Below are positions 55,675 through 64,000 of a stretch of DNA of 64,000 bases, one piece after another. The stretch's first letter is position 1; every line of letters starts with the position of its first letter. Position numbers and translations under genes: made by a program. The stretch is from Balamuthia mandrillaris (taxonomy: Eukaryota). Under the pieces are notes generated by a model. The model did not search any database and was not told the DNA's origin. It was given only the letters and a program-made list of their open reading frames with translations. Location: the NCBI GenBank assembly GCA_031835245.2, contig JAVKOQ020000006.1:372001-436000 (forward strand), given 5' to 3'.

Positions 55675-57194
55675 TCACTTGTTTGCTTGCAGCAACTTGA
55701 CATCACTTTCTTCTTGCTGGGCATAGTCCTGCTGCAAAATTCTTCTCTTCATGGCCGCATAGCGCGCCTCAAACACCTTCTTCCCAAACTCATACAGCTC
55801 CAGGTCCAACTCGCTCATCCTTCTGATCTGCCGCAACTGAGCATCGCTCAGATCGGAGACATGAATGTCTGTCGGCCTCCTTGACTTGTTGGTCTCCTTT
55901 CCCACCAAGGTACTGGGGAACCGCCGTCCGAGCTTGAACTCCATCATGCGAATGGAGTCCTCATATCGTTCCACCAGGCCCAACAGCTCTATTCCTCCTT
56001 TTTCCACTGAGGCCGTCAATCGGGCTTTGGCTCTTTGCAAGTCCGCTCGGGTGAGCTTTGGTTGAGCAAACTCCCCTCCCTTCTTGCCCCAGAAGCGAGC
56101 CAGTTGGCTGGTGGCTGGGTTGATGCAAGACCATGGTCCAAAATGTTGTTGATTCTCCTTCTCGGAGATGAACTGGTCAAACGTTATGCTATGGATTTTA
56201 AAGTAACCAAAAGAAAAACGGTTAACGATAAGCGAAGAAGAGGATATGAGACGAAAAATAAGAATTGAGACGACGGTAGAGGGGATAGTAACAGACAAAG
56301 GAACGTGAAGAAGGAGAACGAAGCGTCGAATCTGAAAAGAACAAACAGAGAATGAGAAGGATGTACTTTTTAAACTTCAGTGGATTCTTCCTGCTCGCGT
56401 AATTGTATTGAGAGACGGTTCTGCTGACAGGGTCTCGCAAGAAGGTGATGTAGGCCCCTGGCTTTTCCACCTTCCATTCCTCTTCCTCCGCTATGCCGAT
56501 TCCTGTCATTGTATTTTTTAGAACAATGGAGTAAAGTTTCCAAGCCGAAGAGAAGAGAGATAGGGGGAGAAAGAGAGAGAGAGAGAGAGAGGGAGAGGGA
56601 GAGGGAGAGAGAGAGCAAGAGCGAGAGGGAGAGAGAGGAGGGTATAGAGAGACAGAGAGAAACTAGTCGAAAAATGAAAGAGAAAAAAAGAGAAATGAAG
56701 AAAGAAAGAGGGAGATTGAATGTACCAAAGTGACCGTAAAGGCCGCAAAAGGAGTTTTGTTTTTCGGCACTCCAACCCAGAAAGTCAAAGCGCTGGTTGT
56801 TATGCACCACCCCTCCTCTTTCGTCACAAAGGTACCCAAGCAATTGTTTGAAAGAAGAGCCGGCTGTCTTGGGGATGTGGATGAAAAGCAGAAACGGAAG
56901 TTCTTCCGAAGGCGTCCACGTGGAGCCGGCCCATTCTTTCGCCAATTCTTCCAAGCTTTTTTCTTCTTCCAGTTCGCTCCGAAAGAGTTGTTCGGTTTTG
57001 AGGTCTTTGTCGTTGGAAGGAGAAGGAGAAGCTGCCAGGGAGAAAGGAAGCTTCGGAGACGAACCACGGGTAAAGGAGAAAGCAGATGGAGGAGAAGGAG
57101 GGTAGCTTGTGGGATTGGCCCGCAAGAACACGAGCAGCGGTCCCAAACAACCGAGGAGGAGAGCCACAAGAACAACCCTTGAAGGTCGCGCCAT
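55675..57194 (-). CDS. Membrane-anchored PAPS-dependent sulfotransferase, tandem copy 2; 3 exons
   Basis: Same motifs and intron positions as copy 1. Confidence 0.85.
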
Positions 57195-57650
57195 TCCCGC
57201 ACACGTGTGTGTTTGTTGATGTACCGTTCGCTATGCTGCTGTTACCCTCCCACAAGAAAATCAGCAGTGTCACCGTCGTTACCTGAAAGCAATTTAGAGG
57301 TTTGTTGTTCATCAACGAACGACTTATCAGAAAAATTAATTCATATATTTTGAATTAAATAGATTGAGCCCTACTGGCGATTGGTGGATCTTTTTGTCGA
57401 CGAGTTCGAAGAATGCCGATAAATAGTTCGAATAGTTGCGATAAATATTTCTTGTATGCCATTCATGTAACGCTCAGAGGAGATAGGAGAGTGGAGAAGC
57501 AGAGAGCAGAGAGCAGAGAAGAGTGGGTGAGGAGCAGAGGATAAGAGGAGAGGAGAGAGGAGGGAAGCGAGAGGAGAGAGAGAGAGAGAGAGAGAGTTAT
57601 AAATATTTGCTCTCTCGTCTTATTTGTTCTTTAGTCAAAGATTCATTCTT

Positions 57651-58439
57651 TCACTTGTAAACTTGCAGCTGCACTGCCTCTCCACTGATGGTTTCTTCTT
57701 GCCGGGCATAGTCCTGGTGCAAGATGTTTCTCTTCATGGCCGCATAGCGCGCCTCAAACACCTTCTTCCCAAACTCATACAGCTCTAGGTCCAACTCGCT
57801 CATCCTCATTATCCGTCTCAACTGAGCATCGCTCAGATCGGAGACATGAATGTCCGTCGGCCGCTGGGACTTGTTTGTCTGCATCCCAACCAAGTCCCTG
57901 GGGAAGCGCCGTCCGAGCTTGAACTCCAACATGCGAATGGAGTCCTCATATCGCTCCACCAGGCCCAACAGTTCTATTCCTCCCTCTTCCATGGAGGCCG
58001 TTAATCGGGCTTTGGCCCTCCGCAAGTCCTCTCGAGTTGGAAGCGGTTCGTTCAGCTCGTCTTCTTCAGCGTGCCAGAAGCGAGCCAGTTGGCCGGTGGC
58101 TGGGTTGATGCAGGACCATGGCCCAAATAACTGCTCCTTCTCTTTCGCAGTGATGAACTGGTCAAGAGTTAAGCTGTTGTTGGTTGTGCATTTAAACATT
58201 GGAGAAAAGAGAAGCGAAGAGGAAGCGAACGACGGGAAGGAGAGCCAACGTACTTGCGATATTTGGGATTTCTATTACTGCCGTAGTTGTACTGAGAGAC
58301 CATCCTGCTGACGGGGTCTCTCAGGAAGGTGATGTAGGCCGCTGGCTTGTCAACCTTCCACTCTTCCTGTTCCGCTATTCCTATTCCTTTTTTTATTTGT
58401 GAGCGACGGAAGAGCAGGAGAAGAACAAGAGAGCGAGAG

Positions 58440-58470
<31 letters not shown>

Positions 58471-58966
58471 TACCAAAGTGACCGTACAGTCCGCAAAACG
58501 AGTTTTGCTTCTCAGCGCTCCAACCCAAAAACTCAAATCTCTCAACATGGTGCACTATGCCGCCGCTTTCATCACAAAGGTAGCTAAGCAGCTGTTTGAA
58601 GGAGGAGCCGGCCGTCTTTGGGACGTGAACGAACAGCAAGAAGGGGAGTCCTTCCGTCCATGTGGAGTTGGCCCATTCTTCGGCCAGTTCTTCCAAGCTT
58701 TGTTGTTCTTCATCGTCGTCACCCCAAAAGAACTGTTTGTTATTGAGCGCTTTGTCGTTGAGAGGAGAAGAAGGAGAAGGAGAAGAAGAAGGAGGAGAGG
58801 CAGCGGGGACGGGAAAAGGCAGGTGCGGAGAAGAAACGGTGTAGCCCGGCGGATAGGAAGAAGAAGGGAGCGTGTAGTTATCGGGCGTGGCCCGCAAGAA
58901 GAATAGAAGAGGACCCAAACAACCGAGAAGGAGAGCCGCAAGAACAACCCTTGAAGGCCGTGTCAT
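57651..58966 (-). CDS. Membrane-anchored PAPS-dependent sulfotransferase, tandem copy 3; 3 exons
   Basis: FVHVPKTAGSS, YITFLRDPVSRMVSQYNY; same intron positions. Confidence 0.85.
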
Positions 58967-59140
58967 CGTGCGAAGAAGAACGAAAACGATTCACGCTTTC
59001 GCACAGCAATAAAGCGTTACCGGCAATTATTTTTTAATGTATGAATCAGAAATTTCAACATAATTCCGAAATATTTCAAAGTTATTTTGAAATTTGGTAT
59101 TTATCGGCAAATTTCGGGAATAGTCGCGGCAAAATATTAG

Positions 59141-59981
59141 TTAGCCATTGTTTCTTCTGTTCATGGCAGCGAGGCGAGCCTCAAACAGCTGTTGGGCGTA
59201 TTCGTACAATTCTATATCCAGTCGGTTCATTTCCCTCATGCGCCGCAGTTGAGCATCGCTCAGCTGCGAGAGGTGGAGGTCGGTGGGTCTTTTCGACTGG
59301 TTGTTCTGCTGGTTGACCAGCTGCTTCGGCAGCTTTAACCCCAGCTTGAAGGACATCAGCCGAATGGAATCCTCGTACCGTTCCACCAGGCCTAGAACAT
59401 CCACTCCGTGAGCTAGCCTCCATTTCGCTCTTTGCAAGTCCTCTCGGGAGACCGGGCTCATAGCAAACTGTTCCTGTATCGAGGTCCAGAAGCGTGGAGT
59501 GCCAAGTTGGCTGGTAGCGGGGTCAATGCCAGACCACGGCCCAAAGCTCCATTGCCTTTCTTTTTTGTCAAGAAACTCGTCCAATGTCATACTATCAAAT
59601 TGAAGAACGGGGATCGAAATGAAGGGTTACAAAACATACAACAATGAGACAGAGAGGCACGAAGAGAAGAGAGAATAAACACAAAAAATACATCGCATAT
59701 GAAAAAGAGAATGGAGGGAGAACGCAAACTAAAAGGCTGACAAAACAAAAAGAGAGAAAAGAGAAGTTACTTTGCAGAATCCCCCATTCTTCGGCAAGAA
59801 AAATTATACTGGGACAACAACCGACGGACCGGGTCCCTCAAGAACGTGATGTACATAACTTGCTTATGCACCTTCCATTCGTTCATTTCGTCAATTCCAT
59901 ATCCTGTTTCAAAATAAGGGGAAATACAGAACTTAATATTCAAAACCACGTTCAAGACAGAGGAAGAGGAGACAGAGGCAT

Positions 59982-60021
<40 letters not shown>

Positions 60022-60469
60022 GCAGCGAAAAAAGCAAACCGATGTGACCATAAAGACTGCAATAAGAGTTTTGTTTTCTCTCAGAATAACTCAAGAATCT
60101 AAAACTGGAGTGGTGGTCCACCACAGCGCCTTTCCTCCCACAGATGTGGTGCAGAAGGTGCTTGACAGAGGAACCGGCGGTCTTTGGTACATGAACAAAA
60201 ACAAGGAAAGGAGGAGAGCCTCCCCCCTCCGTATTCCAGGTGAAACGGACCCATTGCTCGGCTTGGGAATCGACTGCAGGGCTGAAACCTCGTGATGTTT
60301 GTTGCTGAAGGAGAATGTTTGTTCGAGAAGAGGGTAAAGAGAGGTTGTTGTGACGGAACGGCCGAAGGGAGGAAGTTGCAGCATTGGAGGCATGAAAGAG
60401 AAGAAAGTAAAGCAGAGGTGCAGAGCAAGCAACGAAAAGAAACCCCGGCACAAGCCTGGAACGTGCCAT
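59141..60469 (-). CDS. Membrane-anchored PAPS-dependent sulfotransferase, tandem copy 4 (most divergent); 3 exons
   Basis: FVHVPKTAGSS, YITFLRDPVRRLLSQYNF, GLVERYEDS, LDIELYEY. Confidence 0.85.
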
Positions 60470-60887
60470 CGTTATTGCTGTGCTAGGCCGAGAAAAAATA
60501 TTGTTGTCATGAACTGAAAGGACCTCTTAAGTTGTTGGGTATCAGAATTAACCATAATGCATTACAAGAAAAAACTTTGGAGAACCTGATCGATCAAATT
60601 AGCACGTGCGGCAATATTAAGCTGTCGACAATATAATACTTCTGCAAAACTAAAGCAGCTGAATGCTTTGATCGGTTACTGAAAGTTTCAAACCACCAAT
60701 CAAAAATCAAAACAGAGGCTTTATCTTACCATAAAAAGGCCATTTCTGTTGTCTTTTTCTTTGTCTCATCTCTAGCAGAGATCTTTCACGTCGACAAAAA
60801 TTCATTGCTCCGCTTTACTGCAAAACTGCTTTTCGTGCAGCAGCGATGACGCGTCAGTAGCGTGACGTCAGCCAGGACCAACAGGGC

Positions 60888-61886
60888 ATGGAAAAAAGTA
60901 GCGTAGACGAAGCATCGAGCAGCGGTGGTGGTGGCGTGGAAGCAGCTGCCAACTTGCTGTTCGACTGCCACAACCACTTTCACGACGACTTGCTGGAGTC
61001 ATGCAGGGAGCTGCTTCCGCGCCTTCCCTTCCAAGGGCTCTGCCTGATGGGCACGCGACCCGAGGATTGGGCCAAAGTGGCCACCCTGGCCCAAGAAAAC
61101 CCTGGCAAGGTGATCCCTGCCTTTGGGATCCATCCCTGGTACGCTCATAGAGCGCCTCATGACTGGGAAGACCGGCTGCGCGGTTGCTTGTCCAGCGTCT
61201 CGCGTTGCGTCATGGTAGGAGAGCTGGGCTTGGACAAAGCGGCTAAAACGCCAGACACAGGCCAATGCGAGTATGAAGCCCAAAAGGGAATCTTTCTTCG
61301 TCAAATGGAAATAGCAACCGAACTACAGCTGCCCGTCAACGTTCACTGCGTTCGTGCCTTTGGTGACCTGTTCGAGTTTCTGCGAGGCGGCTTTGCTCCA
61401 AAGCAGAAGATAGGCGGAGGAGGACATCATCGCTTTCCTCCTGCCATCGTCCTTCATTCCTACGGCGGAACCACCGGCATGCTTTGCTCGTTGCTCAAGC
61501 TCAAGGAAGTTGGACAGAGGCTTTACTTCTCTTTCTCTCCAGTCATCAACCTGGACCGTTGTCCAGAGGAGAAGACCTGCGCTGTCATCGCGCAGGTTCC
61601 AGATGATCGGCTCTTGTTGGAAACGGACTTGGACAGCGCGTATGAGGCCGAGGAGGAACTCGTGAGGATGTGCCGACTCGTCGCAAAGGTCAAAGGGTGG
61701 ACAGAGGAAGAGACGGCGCTTAGGACCACTGCAAATGCAAGGCGTTGCCTTGGTCTGCTTTCTGCACAGGAAGAGAGAAGTGAAGGGATAGATGATGAGG
61801 AAGAAAGAGAAAGAGGAGAACAAAAAGAAAAACGCCATCAAGGAGACGACAAGGAAACAGAAAACGAAAAAGCAAAAGAAGCATGA
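60888..61886 (+). CDS. tatD: TatD-family metal-dependent DNase, intronless
   Basis: FDCHNH, FGIHPW, VGELGLD, PVNVHCV, VLHSY, RLLLETD. Confidence 0.92.
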   Translation: MEKSSVDEASSSGGGGVEAAANLLFDCHNHFHDDLLESCRELLPRLPFQGLCLMGTRPEDWAKVATLAQENPGKVIPAFGIHPWYAHRAPHDWEDRLRGCLSSVSRCVMVGELGLDKAAKTPDTGQCEYEAQKGIFLRQMEIATELQLPVNVHCVRAFGDLFEFLRGGFAPKQKIGGGGHHRFPPAIVLHSYGGTTGMLCSLLKLKEVGQRLYFSFSPVINLDRCPEEKTCAVIAQVPDDRLLLETDLDSAYEAEEELVRMCRLVAKVKGWTEEETALRTTANARRCLGLLSAQEERSEGIDDEEERERGEQKEKRHQGDDKETENEKAKEA

Positions 61887-61930
61887 GAACAAAGAGATTA
61901 GGAACACGAAGTGAAGTAGGTTTATTGTAA

Positions 61931-63310
61931 TTAATTATGCAACAACAACGATGAAGATTGCAACGAAGCAGCCGCACTCGAAGTAGACCCCTCATTATCT
62001 CCATCTCCTCCATCCTCTGCACTTCCATCTCCTCCGTCCTCTTCACCTCCGTCACCATCCTCGTTACTTCCGTCCTCTTCTTTCACAATGACTTGTCCAT
62101 CTTCCACATAACAAGGACACCAAACGTCATACTGCAACACTCCTTTCTCTGTTTCTACCTCCACAAACCCTTCTCCGCAGTCCTCATAAAAGTCTTGACA
62201 CTGCTCTCTTGTTGCTCCTTCCGCGTTGAAGCAAGCGATGGTATAAGGTTTGCCTCCACTGCCGTCATTCGTGTGGTAATGATACACCGCTTCACTTCCT
62301 TCCACTTGGAACAGGTTTCCTTCCGAGTCCACAAAACTGGAAGATGGAACAGGACCTACATGACCGCCACATGCATCCAAATCCGTTGGTGGGTGCTTCT
62401 GGCCATCTTCTCCTTCACTTTCCCATATGCCATATATGCCGACTCCATCCAAAGCGATTCCCACCAAAGGAGAATGACCGCTAGCAAAGGAGGAAGCAGA
62501 AGAACTGTTGCTATAGTCACAAGCAAGATCCGTGTGATGGTGATAAGGCGTGGCATGCCCTCCACACTCATCCAACATCAACGTGGAGTCAATGGCTTGC
62601 TCTCCATCCCCATCACAAGTGAATTCCAACTGTAACCCACAATCCGAAACCGCCATTCCGGCTTCGCAATACCCATCTTCAGAAGAGGAACAAGCAAAGC
62701 CAGGCTCAAAGCCAGCCTCCAAACTGCTGTAGATGTTCAGGCCGTGCACGCTCAGGCCGAGCCTGCCCAGCAGTGGAACTTGTTTTTCAACCTCGGAAGG
62801 AGAAGAGGAGGAAGCGTCCCAGGTTGGATCGGGAAACTGTTGAGAGATGCACTCGGCATTTGCGCGTTTTGGGGTTGGATACCAAGGGCATAAGTTGGTT
62901 ACTAAGGTGCCAGAGAAGCGGCCGCTCTCGGGGTCGTAGGTCATCCCGTCCAGCAAAAAGTAGTTGGACGTGCCGTCTTGCGCACAAGTTTTAAGGGAAG
63001 AGGGTTTGCATTGGTCGGAAGAGGATTCGCCGGTGGCCATTACTATAGAACCTATAAGCCCTTCAGGGCCTCCTCCTCCTCCATCGACCGGGGGTGGCGG
63101 GGGTGGCTGGCGGCGAAGATGAGCGGACTGAGAGTCGACGCGTATGGCTTTGGCTAAGATGTCGGCAGGGGTCTGCGACACTTTCTGGTGGAAGAGATTG
63201 GGGCCAACAACGCGGTCGCCTATGATGTAGTAGTTGAACTGTGATTTGGCCAAGGTGCCGATTGCCAGGAGGCCAAAGAGCGCCAAGCAGGCGAACAGAG
63301 CGTGGTTCAT
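61931..63310 (-). CDS. Secreted YHYH-domain protein, Cys-rich, intronless
   Basis: Signal peptide MNHALFACLALFGLLAIGTLA; GLSVHGLNIY, LDECGGH..YHHH, HSPLVGIALDGVGIYG, DLDACGGHVGP, YHYH. Confidence 0.8.
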   Translation of the reverse strand: MNHALFACLALFGLLAIGTLAKSQFNYYIIGDRVVGPNLFHQKVSQTPADILAKAIRVDSQSAHLRRQPPPPPPVDGGGGGPEGLIGSIVMATGESSSDQCKPSSLKTCAQDGTSNYFLLDGMTYDPESGRFSGTLVTNLCPWYPTPKRANAECISQQFPDPTWDASSSSPSEVEKQVPLLGRLGLSVHGLNIYSSLEAGFEPGFACSSSEDGYCEAGMAVSDCGLQLEFTCDGDGEQAIDSTLMLDECGGHATPYHHHTDLACDYSNSSSASSFASGHSPLVGIALDGVGIYGIWESEGEDGQKHPPTDLDACGGHVGPVPSSSFVDSEGNLFQVEGSEAVYHYHTNDGSGGKPYTIACFNAEGATREQCQDFYEDCGEGFVEVETEKGVLQYDVWCPCYVEDGQVIVKEEDGSNEDGDGGEEDGGDGSAEDGGDGDNEGSTSSAAASLQSSSLLLHN

Positions 63311-63542
63311 GTTTTGTTGTTTGTTTTCTGCCAAACGAAAGATAAGATACACAAAGAGTTCAAATATACGAAATGCAACCGCGTTGCGCGGTTTTGGCCT
63401 AAATTTGGGGCGTAACGCCGTTTCATTTTAGCCTAAATATTTAATTAAATGGTCCAATCGAAAAGCGACACGTAAGTTAATTAATTAATTTTCAAAAAAT
63501 GTTGGTGTAACCATAAGTTTGATTTTTTAAAAGGGAGTTGTT

Positions 63543-63940
63543 TTATGCTCTGTGGCTTTCGAAAATACCGCTTCCAGAAGGAGAAGAGGAGGTGTAGGAA
63601 GAAAGAATGCCGCTGCCCGTCTTACAGGTCAGCTTCACCACCGCATGAAGCAACTCCGTCAACGTCTGTTCTTGCAACACGGAGCATTCCACCAGAGCGG
63701 ATGCCCTTATGGCCTTGGCACACTTTTCTGCTTGCGGCGAGAGCACCAAGGGAGACGAAGCGTTTCCTCCGGACTTCTTCTTGGAAGAATGTTTCTTACG
63801 AAGGTCGATCTTTGTGGAAACCAGAATGATGGGCAAGTTGGGCTTACAGTTGCGTAGCTCAGCGATCCAATTGACCTGCACGCTTCGCATGCTGCTTGGG
63901 TCGTTGCATGCAAAACATAAAATACAAACATCTGCCATCT
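63543..63940 (-). CDS. Last exon of a Rho/Rac-like small GTPase domain protein (5' part lies beyond the window)
   Basis: ADVCILCF..P.S..SV..NWIAEL...PNLPIILVSTKIDLR..VECS; no CaaX at the end; splice acceptor at ~63940. Confidence 0.8.
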
Positions 63941-64000
63941 ATACTTGTATTTGTTTTGGTCAAAAGAGAGAAAAAAAAAAGAGAGAGAAAACGAAGAAGA

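Noticed and set aside
60888..63310. Bacterial contamination for the intronless TatD and YHYH genes
   Set aside because: Both carry host-style low-complexity acidic tails and sit between intron-containing genes with typical AT-rich spacers.

Overview
Gene-dense eukaryotic (protist) DNA in the standard genetic code, with about 31 protein-coding loci. Most are split by short GT-AG introns packed with microsatellites that are nearly always pyrimidine-rich on the sense strand. Gene content (F-box/ankyrin 'GHLEVLKWARENGCPW' repeats, an F-box/small GTPase fusion, a Cdc123-like ATP-grasp protein) fits a free-living amoeba such as Balamuthia or a relative; this is inference. No rRNA, tRNA, CRISPR or transposase was recognised. 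Main points: (1) an intact, intron-containing stand-alone type III polyketide synthase between an ATP-grasp gene and a sulfatase, near an Asp/Tyr-rich secreted protein and a four-gene tandem sulfotransferase array, which may form a sulfation/secondary-metabolism neighbourhood; (2) a PX-C2-C2-LCAT/PDAT fusion; (3) an ankyrin-F-box-Rab-like fusion with a non-canonical G3 motif and no prenylation cysteine; (4) an intronless giant-virus-type F-box/ankyrin pseudogene with three lesions; (5) a 1456-nt intron made almost entirely of a GAAGA satellite; (6) a 72-nt frame-preserving exon flanked by complementary (CT)n and (GA)n introns. Exon structures were inferred by eye and some gene ends are approximate.
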